A DNA stretch of 64,000 nt from Lachnospiraceae bacterium (lineage in GTDB: Bacteria > Bacillota > Clostridia > Lachnospirales > Lachnospiraceae), in the NCBI GenBank assembly GCA_036653135.1, contig JAVVUO010000009.1:890-64889 (forward strand), read 5' to 3'. Shown here one piece after another: positions 1 to 9,937 of this stretch (positions are counted from its first letter, which is position 1; each line of letters begins with the position of its first letter). The notes below the pieces were generated by a model that saw nothing but the letters and a program-made list of their open reading frames with translations, made no database searches and was not told the DNA's origin. A program made the position numbers and the translations under genes.

Positions 1-963
1 ACGGCTTTCGATGCTGTTTGGTATCACAGGATATCCTAGGCTTTCATAAATATTTGCTGCAAATATGGCTCCTTTCAATGCCCCTGCTACAACGGTTGGC
101 GCTAGAAATAAACCTTGAAAAAAGGACTGTATCACGCCTAATGAGGCACCCACTTCTTTTCCAAGTCCAGGAGAAGTCAAACGATAAGATGCATTATCTA
201 CACATTCTTTTTTTCCAACAATGTATCCACCAATAGGTGCCAGTCCGCCACCTGGGTTTTTAATTAAGGAACCTACTATCATATCAGCTCCAACTTCCAA
301 TGGCTCTTGTTTTTCCACAAATTCTCCATAGCAATTATCTACCATACAAAGGACATCCGGTTTGATTTTTTTTATAAAAGAAATGAGTTCTCCTATTTTT
401 GCAACAGAAAAAGAGGGTCTGGTCTGATATCCTTTGGAGCGTTGTATGGTTACCAATTTTGTTTTTTCATTCAGTGCTTTTTTAATTTCATCGTAATCAA
501 ATGTTCCATCTAAAAGCAAATCCACCTGACGATAGGTAATTCCATATTCTTTCAAAGAACCTTGGGAGGGACGTATTCCAATTACTTCTTCCAAGGTGTC
601 ATAGGGCTTTCCTACAGGAGATAATAGTTCATCACCAGGGCGCAGATTGGACATAAGTGCCAATGCCAAAGCATGTGTTCCACAGGTGATTTGTGGACGA
701 ACTAATGCTGCTTCACCACAAAAACAAGTAGCATAGACTTCTTCTAAAGTATCTCTTCCTAAATCATTATATCCATAACCAGTACTTCCCATAAAACATT
801 CTGCACTGACCTTATGAGTCTGCATGGCTTTGATTACTTTCAGCTGATTATATTCTGCTAGTTCCTCAATAGATTCAAATCTTTCTTTTAAAGTTCCTTC
901 TATCTTTTTTCCATAATCATACACTTTTTTTTGTATTCCCAATTCTTGATACATAGTTTCCAC
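1..963 (-). CDS. Methionine gamma-lyase family / aluminium-resistance (YnbB-like) PLP enzyme, partial (runs off the left edge)
   Basis: Not in the ORF track; translated by hand from GTG 963 (or in-frame ATG 954) after an AAGAGG RBS: MYQELGIQKKVYDYG...; sampled segments include RPQITCGTHAL and VDNCYGEFVEKQEPLEVGADMIVGSLIKNPGGGLAPIGGY; typical position after miaA. Confidence 0.85.
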   Translation of the reverse strand, partial: METMYQELGIQKKVYDYGKKIEGTLKERFESIEELAEYNQLKVIKAMQTHKVSAECFMGSTGYGYNDLGRDTLEEVYATCFCGEAALVRPQITCGTHALALALMSNLRPGDELLSPVGKPYDTLEEVIGIRPSQGSLKEYGITYRQVDLLLDGTFDYDEIKKALNEKTKLVTIQRSKGYQTRPSFSVAKIGELISFIKKIKPDVLCMVDNCYGEFVEKQEPLEVGADMIVGSLIKNPGGGLAPIGGYIVGKKECVDNASYRLTSPGLGKEVGASLGVIQSFFQGLFLAPTVVAGALKGAIFAANIYESLGYPVIPNSIESR

Positions 964-1005
964 TTTTTATCCTCTTTTCCCTTTCAATTGTATACTTATC
1001 ACTGT

Positions 1006-1950
1006 CTATATTATATTGCAGTGATGAAGTTTTTCTTTCATATAGGCTATGATTTTATCATTATCATACGCAAATTTTTGTTTGTCTACCCAGATTACCT
1101 CCGATTCTCGGCGAAACCAGGTAAGCTGGCGTTTAGCAAAATGTCTAGTATCACGCTTGATTTGATACACAGCATCTTCCAAAGAATAAGTTCCCTCTAG
1201 ATAATTTAAAATTTCTTTGTATCCTAATCCCTGCATGGACACCATCTCTTTTTTACAGCCACTTTCTTTTAAGGCACGTACTTCCTCTACAAGCCCTTGC
1301 GCTATCATCAAATCTACCCGATTATTGATTCTTTCATATAAATGGCTGCGTTCATCATTTAATACAAAATAGGAAAATTCATATGGGGATTTTTTTTGCT
1401 GCTGCTGTTCATTGTGCTCTGATATTTTATTTCCGGATAAATGATGAAATTCCAGTGCCCGAATAACACGTTTTACATTATTTTCATGAATTTCTTCCGC
1501 TGCTTTTTCATCCACCTGTGCCAAACGCTGATGAAGTGCATGTGCACCATACTCCAATGCAAATTTTTCCAACTCTTGTCGGTAATTTATGTCTTCCTGC
1601 TCCTTAGTAAAGTCAATGTCATAGAGCAACGCCTGGATATAAAATCCAGTTCCTCCTGTAATAATAGGAATTTTTCCTTGTTGATAAATTTCTTCTAAAT
1701 ATTTCTTGGCATACCTTTGAAACTTTACAACATGAAATTCTTCTTCCGGCTCAAAGATATCTATTAAATAGTGAGAAATTCCGTCCATTTCTTCTGGTTT
1801 TATTTTGGCAGAGCCAATATCCATACGTTTGTATACCTGCATGGAATCAGCTGAAATAATAGCTCCATTCACGGATTTTGCAAGCTGAATGGAAAGTTCT
1901 GTTTTACCCACCGCAGTAGGACCTGTTAATATAATTAATGGTTTTTTCAT
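1006..1950 (-). CDS. miaA: tRNA dimethylallyltransferase
   Basis: GPTAVGKT P-loop, DSMQVY, GGTGFY, TRHFAKRQLTWF. Confidence 0.97.
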   Translation of the reverse strand: MKKPLIILTGPTAVGKTELSIQLAKSVNGAIISADSMQVYKRMDIGSAKIKPEEMDGISHYLIDIFEPEEEFHVVKFQRYAKKYLEEIYQQGKIPIITGGTGFYIQALLYDIDFTKEQEDINYRQELEKFALEYGAHALHQRLAQVDEKAAEEIHENNVKRVIRALEFHHLSGNKISEHNEQQQQKKSPYEFSYFVLNDERSHLYERINNRVDLMIAQGLVEEVRALKESGCKKEMVSMQGLGYKEILNYLEGTYSLEDAVYQIKRDTRHFAKRQLTWFRRESEVIWVDKQKFAYDNDKIIAYMKEKLHHCNII

Positions 1951-3839
1951 TACAACACCCGCTTAAATTTCTTTTCCAGTTCATATTTTGTCATCGTTAT
2001 AATCGTTGGTCTTCCATGAGGACAGTGATACGGATTCTCAAGGGTCAGCAATTCATCAATCAATTTTTCAACCTCTAAACGGGACAATTTCTGATTTCCT
2101 TTTACCGCAGCCTTACATGACATAGACGCAATTTTTTCTACAATCATCTGTGGCTGTTCCGTTCCATGAAATGTCATAAGGCTGTCTAAGATTTCCACTA
2201 CCAGACGTGTTCCATCTAATCCAAAGAGATTGGCAGGAACTGCGGTAACTGAGTATTCTTTCCCCCCAAATGGTAAGATTTCGTAACCTAATTTTTCAAA
2301 ATAGCTCTTATATTTTTTCAAAAGTTCTTCTTCCATCATATTTAACGTCAAAAGAATGGGTGGATAAATTGTCTGAGACATAAATTCTTTCTGTTCCATA
2401 GAGGCTATGGTGCGTTCATAAAGCACCTTTTCATGGGCAGCATGCTGATCTATAATATATAGTTGATTGTCAAATTCTACTAACCAATAAGTATCAAAAA
2501 GCTGTCCGATGATTTTGTGTTCTGGTTTAGAGGAACTGCTTAGAAGTTTTCGCATGTCTTCTTGAACCGCATCTGATTGTGGTTGTATGGATTCTTTTCT
2601 ATCTGATTTTTCTTTTTCACCATTTGAACTTTTAAAGCTATCTTCTTCTGCTACAAGTTGCTTCCTAGAAACAGAAGGATATTTCTCCTCATAAGGGCTG
2701 TCTTTTTTTATCGCATTTTTTATAGATTCCAGCCTTTTTTTCTCAAAAGGTTCTGGAATATGACGCTGACTTTTTAGCTGTTCTAGTTTTTCCTGTTGAA
2801 TTTTGTGTCGAACTTCCTGCTCTTTGTCCAAAGTCACCTGATATACCAGCTCACTTTTATTAATGGCATCTCTTAATAATGTGGAAAGAAATTGATACAT
2901 TCCTTCTCCATCCGAAAATCGCAGTTCCATTTTAGTAGGATGCACATTTACATCTAAAAGCTGCCCATTAATGGAAATATGCAGTACGGTAAAGGGATAT
3001 TTGTGCTGCATCACAAATGATTGATATGCTTCTTCAATTCCTTTGGCGATAATACTGCTTTTTACATAACGTCCATTGATAAAATAATTTTCAAAGTTTC
3101 GATTTCCTCTGGAAATCAGGGGCTTTCCTATAAATCCTTGAATAGAACACATCTGATTTTCATTCTGAATTTCAATAAGATTTCCAGCAATCTCTCTTCC
3201 GTAAATGTGATAAATCACTTCTTTCAAATTGGAATTGCCGGAAGTATGAAGTTTCACTTGATTATTGTTAATAAACTGAAACGAAATTTCAGGATGTGAC
3301 AGTGCCATTCTCTCCATTAAATCTCCAATATAGGAAGCTTCTGTTTGAGGTGTTTTTAAAAACTTACGTCTTGCCGGAGTATTAAAAAATAAATTTCGTA
3401 CTAGGAATGTAGTACCTTGAGGTGCTCCAATTTCCTCGCTGATTTTTTCTAGACTTCCTTCTATCACATAACGCACGCCGCTGATTCCCATCGGTGTCTT
3501 TGTAATGAGTTCTACCTGGGATACCGCTGCAATACTAGATAAGGCTTCTCCTCGAAACCCCAAAGAGGATACGGTAGTTAAATCTTCTACACGTCTTATC
3601 TTACTAGTAGAGTGACGTAAAAAAGCAAGAGAAACCTGTTCTTTATCAATACCAGAACCATTATCTGTAATACGAATGAAAGAAATTCCTCCTTCTTTAA
3701 TTTCTACCGTAATTGCTCCGGCTTTGGCATCAATGGCATTTTCCACCAATTCCTTTACTACGGAAGCAGGACGTTCAATGACTTCTCCGGCTGCAATTTT
3801 ATCAATGGTTGGCTGGTCTAATAATTCAATATCTGCCAT
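1950..3839 (-). CDS. mutL: DNA mismatch repair endonuclease MutL
   Basis: KIAAGEVIERPASVVKELVENAIDA, GFRGEAL, DQHAAHE endonuclease motif, CPHGRP; start moved to ATG 3839 behind GGAGG. Confidence 0.97.
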   Translation of the reverse strand: MADIELLDQPTIDKIAAGEVIERPASVVKELVENAIDAKAGAITVEIKEGGISFIRITDNGSGIDKEQVSLAFLRHSTSKIRRVEDLTTVSSLGFRGEALSSIAAVSQVELITKTPMGISGVRYVIEGSLEKISEEIGAPQGTTFLVRNLFFNTPARRKFLKTPQTEASYIGDLMERMALSHPEISFQFINNNQVKLHTSGNSNLKEVIYHIYGREIAGNLIEIQNENQMCSIQGFIGKPLISRGNRNFENYFINGRYVKSSIIAKGIEEAYQSFVMQHKYPFTVLHISINGQLLDVNVHPTKMELRFSDGEGMYQFLSTLLRDAINKSELVYQVTLDKEQEVRHKIQQEKLEQLKSQRHIPEPFEKKRLESIKNAIKKDSPYEEKYPSVSRKQLVAEEDSFKSSNGEKEKSDRKESIQPQSDAVQEDMRKLLSSSSKPEHKIIGQLFDTYWLVEFDNQLYIIDQHAAHEKVLYERTIASMEQKEFMSQTIYPPILLTLNMMEEELLKKYKSYFEKLGYEILPFGGKEYSVTAVPANLFGLDGTRLVVEILDSLMTFHGTEQPQMIVEKIASMSCKAAVKGNQKLSRLEVEKLIDELLTLENPYHCPHGRPTIITMTKYELEKKFKRVL

Positions 3840-3885
3840 AATTTCCTCCATTCCCTTTTTTGTTTACATACAATTTTTATGTAAA

Positions 3886-6534
3886 CTACCATCTGTTTTT
3901 TATTTTATTTTGAAGTTGATACAATTTATTTAATGCATCAATTGGTGTTAAATTCCCTAAATCTATTTCTTTCAGTTCCGTTAAAATATCATCGTCTTTT
4001 ACCGTATCAAAAAGAGACATTTGTGTCAAATCCACTTCATCTAGGTGTTTGGATTTTTTCTTGTGTAAAGTAGTTCCCTCTGTTACAATACTGCTTGCCA
4101 CTTCCATAATATCATTGGCACTTAACTCTTCTGCAATTACTTTGGCACGTTCAATGACAATTTCTGGTACCCCTGCTAATTTTGCCACTTGAATGCCATA
4201 GCTTCTATCGGCTCCACCTGGTACGATTTTTCGCAAAAATACAATGTCATCGCCTTTTTCTTTTACCGCAATACAGTAATTATTTACATTATTTAATTTT
4301 CCTTCTAGTTCCGTTAATTCATGATAATGGGTAGCAAACAACGTCTTGGCACCTAACAGTTTGGGATTACTAATGTATTCTACCACTGCCCATGCAATAC
4401 TTAATCCATCAAAAGTACTGGTTCCTCTGCCAATTTCATCTAATACCAAAAGACTATTACTGGTAGCGTTTCGTAAAATATTAGCCACCTCTGTCATCTC
4501 AACCATAAAAGTACTTTGTCCGCTTGCTAAATCATCAGAAGCTCCTACTCTGGTAAAAATTCGATCTACAATTCCAATTTTAGCACTTTCTGCCGGAACA
4601 AAACTGCCAATTTGTGCCATTAGTACAATTAATGCAGTTTGACGCATATAGGTGGATTTTCCTGCCATGTTGGGACCTGTAATAATAGAAATTCGCTTTT
4701 TTCCGTTATCTAAATAGGTATCATTAGAAACAAACATATCATTGGAAATCATTTTTTCTACTACTGGATGACGTCCATTTTTTATATCTATTACACCTGT
4801 TTCATTCAGAATGGGTCTGCAATAGTTGTTTCTCTCTGCTACAAGTGCCAAAGAAGCAAATACATCAAGTTTGGCTACAGATTTTGCGGTTTTTTGAATA
4901 CGCAGTACTTGTGCCGCTATGGTATCTCTGATTTCTCGAAATAGCTCATATTCTAAGGAAATCAGCTTGTCCTCTGCCCCTAAAATAATATCTTCTAGTT
5001 CTTTTAATTCCGGAGTAATATAGCGTTCTGCATTGGCAAGGGTTTGTTTCCTAGTAAAATAATCAGGCACCATATTTTTGTTGGAATTTGTTACTTCCAG
5101 ATAATAGCCAAATACTTTATTATACTTAATCCGCAGATTTTTAATCCCTGTTTTTTCTCGTTCTTTATTCTCTAATTCCATTAACCAGGTCTTTCCTTCT
5201 GTCTTGGCATGGCGCAGCTTATCTACTTCTTCATGATATCCTTCTTTTAAAATACCTCCATCTCTGATGGAAACAGGAGGTTCTTCTGTAATGGAATTTT
5301 CGATTAAATCAAAAAGGTCTGTTAGTGGATCCATTTCCTCATAGATTTCCAAAAGCAAACCACTTTGAAACTCTTTTAAAAGATTCTTAATATGGGGAAG
5401 CATGGAAAGTGAGCTTTTAAAGGAAGTTAAATCTCTAGGATTTGCGGTTTGGTAAGTAATTCGGCTAATGAGCCGTTCCAAATCATAAACCGGATTTAAG
5501 TACTCCCGAAGTTCTTCTCTAGTAATGGCATTTTCATTTAAGGCTGTAATTGCTTGGAACCGCTGTTCTATTTGTTCCTTATCAATTAATGGCTGCTCCA
5601 CAAAACTTCGAAGCATTCTAGCACCCATGGCTGTTTTTGTTTTATCTAGTACCCACAATAACGAACCACGTTTTTGCTTCTCACGCAAGGTTTCCACTAG
5701 TTCTAGATTTCTTCTAGTAGAGCTGTCGATCATCATGTATTTTCCGGTAATATAAAGCTGCAAAGAAGTTAAATTCATAAGACCGGTTTTTTGTGTTTCA
5801 TAAAGATACTTCAATAATGCTCCAGATGCAATAATTCCACACTCATAGTCGGAGATACCAAGACCTTGAAGATTTGCTACTTTAAAATGCTCCAGCAGGG
5901 TGTTTTTTGCCATATCATCGCCAAAATACCAAGGCTCTAGAGAATAAATGGCAATACCCAAACGATACTTTAAATCTTCAAAATCTAAACCTGTCATATA
6001 AAAAGCTTCATTACAAATAATTTCAGAGGGAGAAAATTTATAAATTTCATCCAAAAGTTTACGCTCATTTTCTACTTCTGTCATGTAATATGCTCCAGTG
6101 GTTACATCTGCAATAGACACGCCATAGCGGTCTTCCATATATACCACACACATAATATAATTATTTCTAGTTTCATCTAAAGCTTGCGTATCCAAGTTAG
6201 TTCCAGGTGTTACAATTCTTACCACTTCTCGTTTCACAAGTCCCTTTGCCATTTTAGGGTCTTCCACCTGCTCACAAATGGCTACTTTATATCCTTTAGA
6301 TACTAGTTTATTTAGATAACCTTCTACAGCATGATAAGGAACTCCACACATAGGTGCTCGTTCTTCCTGTCCACAGCTTTTTCCGGTAAGTGTAATTTCC
6401 AATTCTTTTGATGCAGTAATGGCATCTTCAAAAAACATTTCATAAAAATCTCCCAACCGGTAAAATAAGATACAATCGGGATTCGCTTCTTTGGTTTCTA
6501 TGTATTTTTGCATCATTGGTGTAAATTCTGCCAC
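3886..6534 (-). CDS. mutS: DNA mismatch repair protein MutS
   Basis: FYRLGDFYEMF, GPNMAGKST, STFMVEM, DEIGRGTST; likely start GTG 6534, as the ORF-track extension overlaps the upstream gene. Confidence 0.97.
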   Translation of the reverse strand: MAEFTPMMQKYIETKEANPDCILFYRLGDFYEMFFEDAITASKELEITLTGKSCGQEERAPMCGVPYHAVEGYLNKLVSKGYKVAICEQVEDPKMAKGLVKREVVRIVTPGTNLDTQALDETRNNYIMCVVYMEDRYGVSIADVTTGAYYMTEVENERKLLDEIYKFSPSEIICNEAFYMTGLDFEDLKYRLGIAIYSLEPWYFGDDMAKNTLLEHFKVANLQGLGISDYECGIIASGALLKYLYETQKTGLMNLTSLQLYITGKYMMIDSSTRRNLELVETLREKQKRGSLLWVLDKTKTAMGARMLRSFVEQPLIDKEQIEQRFQAITALNENAITREELREYLNPVYDLERLISRITYQTANPRDLTSFKSSLSMLPHIKNLLKEFQSGLLLEIYEEMDPLTDLFDLIENSITEEPPVSIRDGGILKEGYHEEVDKLRHAKTEGKTWLMELENKEREKTGIKNLRIKYNKVFGYYLEVTNSNKNMVPDYFTRKQTLANAERYITPELKELEDIILGAEDKLISLEYELFREIRDTIAAQVLRIQKTAKSVAKLDVFASLALVAERNNYCRPILNETGVIDIKNGRHPVVEKMISNDMFVSNDTYLDNGKKRISIITGPNMAGKSTYMRQTALIVLMAQIGSFVPAESAKIGIVDRIFTRVGASDDLASGQSTFMVEMTEVANILRNATSNSLLVLDEIGRGTSTFDGLSIAWAVVEYISNPKLLGAKTLFATHYHELTELEGKLNNVNNYCIAVKEKGDDIVFLRKIVPGGADRSYGIQVAKLAGVPEIVIERAKVIAEELSANDIMEVASSIVTEGTTLHKKKSKHLDEVDLTQMSLFDTVKDDDILTELKEIDLGNLTPIDALNKLYQLQNKIKNRW

Positions 6535-6566
6535 GCTATTACTTCCTTTCTTTTTCTTTCTCTTCG

Positions 6567-8177
6567 TTATTTTCCAAATGGCTGATAACGCATGATAATT
6601 GCCTCTGCTACTTTTAATCCATCCATGGCAGCAGACATAATTCCACCAGCATATCCCGCTCCTTCTCCACAAGGATACACTCCTTTTTTATTGCTTTCGA
6701 AAAATTCATCTCTTGTAATTCGAACCGGAGAGGAAGTTCTGCTTTCTACTCCAGAAAGAATCGCATCCGCTCTGTTGAAATTTGGAATATAGTGGGAAAA
6801 ACAATGCATGCCTTCTATAAAAGAAGTTCGAATTTCTTCTGAAAATAATTCATGTAATGCCCCAAAAGTATGCTGTCCTTTGATTTCGGTTTCAAAAGTT
6901 CCATACTGTTGGGATATTTTTCCTTGTTCATAATCACCAAAAAGTTGCTGAGGAACCTTTCCATTTCCAAGTTCATATGCTTTTTTTTCTAACTGCTGTT
7001 GAAATGCTACTCCACCTAAGGGACCTTGATTAGGATAATCCTTGGGTGTTACCGTTACAATAATAGCACTATTGGAATTTTTTCCATTTCTTCCATGATA
7101 ACTCATTCCATTTACTGCCAACTGTCCTTGTTGAGAAGAAGCGTTTACCACATAACCACCTGGACACATGCAAAAAGAATAAACGCCTCTTGCGTTTGCA
7201 AGAGTTGTCGCTAGTTTATAAGAGGCGGGAGGGAGTTTTTTAGCCGCTTCTATGCCATATTGGTTCTCGCTAATCATTGCTTGTGGATGTTCTACCCTCA
7301 TACCAACAGCAAAAGACTTAGCTTCCATCTCAAATTGTTTGGATAAAAGTAGTTCAAAGGTGTCTCTGGCACTGTGACCAATAGCAAGAACAGCTATCTG
7401 GGTTGCTATTTTGATGTTTTCGCCGGTCTGCTGATTTTTGCAAAGAACTGCTTTTAAATCATTCCCCTGAAATTCAAAATCTGTGACACAAGTTTGAAAT
7501 AAATAAGTTCCACCCCATGCCTCTATTTGTTTTCGCATATTGGATACTACCTGAAGTAAAATATCAGTTCCTATATGCGGCTTATTATGATATGCAATTT
7601 CTTTTGGTGCACCATTTTCTATAAAAACATCCAATACTTTTTTATTTCTTCCTTTTACATCTTTTACCAGTGTATTTAATTTTCCATCTGAAAAAGTTCC
7701 TGCACCTCCTTCTCCAAACTGTACATTGGATTCCGAATTTAGTACCATTTCTTTCCAAAACAATGCTACGTCCTGTTGACGCTCTTCTACCTTTTTTCCA
7801 CGCTCTATGAGAATAGGAGCATATCCTTGTTCTGCTAATAAATAGCCACAAAACATACCGGCTGGACCGCTTCCTATGATCACTGGAGCATGAGAAAGTG
7901 TCTGTGTTCCCGAACCTACTACTTTATAAGATATTCTTTTTGCCTGTGACACCAGTGGATTTTTTATTTGCTTTAATCGCATTTCTTCCTGTGCCATTAC
8001 AACATCAATGGTATAGACAAATGACACCTCATTTTTCTTTCGTGCATCAATGGATTGCTTTACAATTTCATAAGATAAAATATCCGAAATAGGAATTCTT
8101 AAAATCTTAGATATTTTTCCCTCTAATTCCTGTGATGTATGTGAAATTGGTAATTTTAACTGCTGAATTCTTACCAT
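6567..8177 (-). CDS. Uncharacterised FAD-dependent oxidoreductase (COG2509-like)
   Basis: IIGSGPAG, NVQFGEGGAGTFSDGKL, FCMCPGG, GEGAGYAGGIMSAAMDG; ATG 8177 follows GGAAGGA. Confidence 0.85.
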   Translation of the reverse strand: MVRIQQLKLPISHTSQELEGKISKILRIPISDILSYEIVKQSIDARKKNEVSFVYTIDVVMAQEEMRLKQIKNPLVSQAKRISYKVVGSGTQTLSHAPVIIGSGPAGMFCGYLLAEQGYAPILIERGKKVEERQQDVALFWKEMVLNSESNVQFGEGGAGTFSDGKLNTLVKDVKGRNKKVLDVFIENGAPKEIAYHNKPHIGTDILLQVVSNMRKQIEAWGGTYLFQTCVTDFEFQGNDLKAVLCKNQQTGENIKIATQIAVLAIGHSARDTFELLLSKQFEMEAKSFAVGMRVEHPQAMISENQYGIEAAKKLPPASYKLATTLANARGVYSFCMCPGGYVVNASSQQGQLAVNGMSYHGRNGKNSNSAIIVTVTPKDYPNQGPLGGVAFQQQLEKKAYELGNGKVPQQLFGDYEQGKISQQYGTFETEIKGQHTFGALHELFSEEIRTSFIEGMHCFSHYIPNFNRADAILSGVESRTSSPVRITRDEFFESNKKGVYPCGEGAGYAGGIMSAAMDGLKVAEAIIMRYQPFGK

Positions 8178-8193
8178 ATGCGTTTCCTTCCTG

Positions 8194-9447
8194 CTAATTT
8201 TGCTTTTGTTGTGCCTTTTGTGCTGCATGACTACCTGCTACCCAGCCACTAGACCATGCCCATTGAAGGTTATATCCTCCACACATTCCATCAATGTCTA
8301 CCACTTCTCCGGCAAAATATAATCCAGAAAGTAGGACAGATTCCATACTGTTTGCCAAAATCTCCTTGGTGTTCACTCCCCCTGCTGTTACCTGGGCACT
8401 TTCAAATCCTTTGGTTCCAACAATATCTACATGCAAATGTTGAATACATTCTGAAAGTGTTATAAGTGACTGTCTTTTGCAGTGTGTGGCTTTACTGGTT
8501 GGAACAATTCCAGCTTCTTTTAGTAATACCCCAATTAGTTTTTCCGGAAATAGTCCAATTAATGACTCATGGGAAGTCTTGCCTTCACCATAAGTAAGAA
8601 ATCGTTTTTCCAGTAAGGACTGAACTTCTTCTAAGGTGAATGATGGTAAAAAATTTAACTGTACAAATACCTTTTTTCCTTGGGACAATCCATAGGACGC
8701 AAATCTGCTGATTTGAAAGATTGGAATACCTGATACTCCAAATTCCGTTAATTGAAGTTCTCCTGTGTCTTCTGCAATTTTTTTCCCATCAATATAAAGT
8801 TCGACTTTATTTTCTGCACGAATTCCTGCAATTTCTTTTAAAAAGGACTGTTTTCCTTGCAATTGAACTAAAGCTGGAACCATATCTGTCATATGGTGTC
8901 CTAATGACCTAATATAGGGAATTCCACTTCCATCACTTCCTGTTTTTTTTCCGGATTTTCCACCTGTTGCAATAATACAGGTGGAACCTTGAAACTGTTC
9001 TTGTTTTGTATTAAAAACAAATAATTCATTTTGTTTTTGAATAGAGCGAATGCCTATGTTATATTGAATCGTTACCTTTTGCTTTTTACATGCTAATAAT
9101 AGCACTTGCACCATAGAAGATGACTGTCCGCTTGCTGGATAAAAATAGCCATCTCTTTTGTTTTGTGGATAAATACCTAGGGTTTCAAAAAATGTAAGGG
9201 TTTCCTTTATTCCAAATTGTTCCATTACTGGTAATACAAAGGCAGGGTCACTACCTCTGTAATAGGAGATGCCCTGCTTCATATTTGTAAAATTACATTT
9301 TCCATTACCAGTAACTAGTATTTTTTTACCGGCAGACTCCATATGTTCTAATAACAATACACTTGCGCCTTTTTGTGATGCACTAATTGCTGCTATTAGT
9401 CCGGCTGCTCCGGCGCCTACAATAATCACATCATATTGTTTGCCCAT
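8194..9447 (-). CDS. HI0933/YhiN/BaiN-family flavoprotein
   Basis: IVGAGAAGL, GKKILVTGNGKCNFTN, AQVTAGGV, GEVVDIDGMCGGYNLQWAWSSG. Confidence 0.9.
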   Translation of the reverse strand: MGKQYDVIIVGAGAAGLIAAISASQKGASVLLLEHMESAGKKILVTGNGKCNFTNMKQGISYYRGSDPAFVLPVMEQFGIKETLTFFETLGIYPQNKRDGYFYPASGQSSSMVQVLLLACKKQKVTIQYNIGIRSIQKQNELFVFNTKQEQFQGSTCIIATGGKSGKKTGSDGSGIPYIRSLGHHMTDMVPALVQLQGKQSFLKEIAGIRAENKVELYIDGKKIAEDTGELQLTEFGVSGIPIFQISRFASYGLSQGKKVFVQLNFLPSFTLEEVQSLLEKRFLTYGEGKTSHESLIGLFPEKLIGVLLKEAGIVPTSKATHCKRQSLITLSECIQHLHVDIVGTKGFESAQVTAGGVNTKEILANSMESVLLSGLYFAGEVVDIDGMCGGYNLQWAWSSGWVAGSHAAQKAQQKQN

Positions 9448-9467
9448 AACGAAACTCCTGTTCTGTT

Positions 9468-9869
9468 TTAGCTAGAGTAATTTTCTAAAAACTGATAAAG
9501 TTCGTCTTCACTATTCATATATTTTCCTTCTTTTATTTCTTTTTGAAGGTTCTTGGGAAGCCTGTCCAAAATAATATCCGTATCGGCATAACGTGTTTTT
9601 CGATCTGTATGATATACTGATACATAGCCATCTTCTTCTAGCAGAATGTATTCATAGGGCTCTGACAAACTAAAACTCTCCGTTAACGTTTCTTTGTGTT
9701 CTTCTTGTGTTTGTTGCAACAATTCTTTTTCTTCTTCCAGCAAAGCAATTCTTTCCTCGTATCCTTGCCAGTTTTTCCCAGTTCCCATAAGAAAACCTGC
9801 GAGGATTCCTAATAGTAAGGATAAGAAAATCCCAATCCATAACAAATGAATACTACATACTTTTTTCAT
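9468..9869 (-). CDS. Membrane-anchored protein with BofC C-terminal-like domain
   Basis: N-terminal TM helix, coiled coil, C-terminus ...LPKNLQKEIKEG...ELYQFLENYSS; AAGGAG before ATG 9869. Confidence 0.65.
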   Translation of the reverse strand: MKKVCSIHLLWIGIFLSLLLGILAGFLMGTGKNWQGYEERIALLEEEKELLQQTQEEHKETLTESFSLSEPYEYILLEEDGYVSVYHTDRKTRYADTDIILDRLPKNLQKEIKEGKYMNSEDELYQFLENYSS

Positions 9870-9937
9870 AGCAAACTCCTTTTTTGTAGTATTCACTTTA
9901 TTTTAAATTTTATTCCAAATTTTTCTTTTGATTTTTG

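Noticed and set aside
6535-6672. 46-aa N-terminal extension of MutS, and similar extensions on the ORF-track calls for COG2509, tepA, CorC, rex, citrate synthase and transglutaminase
   Set aside because: They overlap upstream genes or promoters; better RBS-linked starts exist downstream
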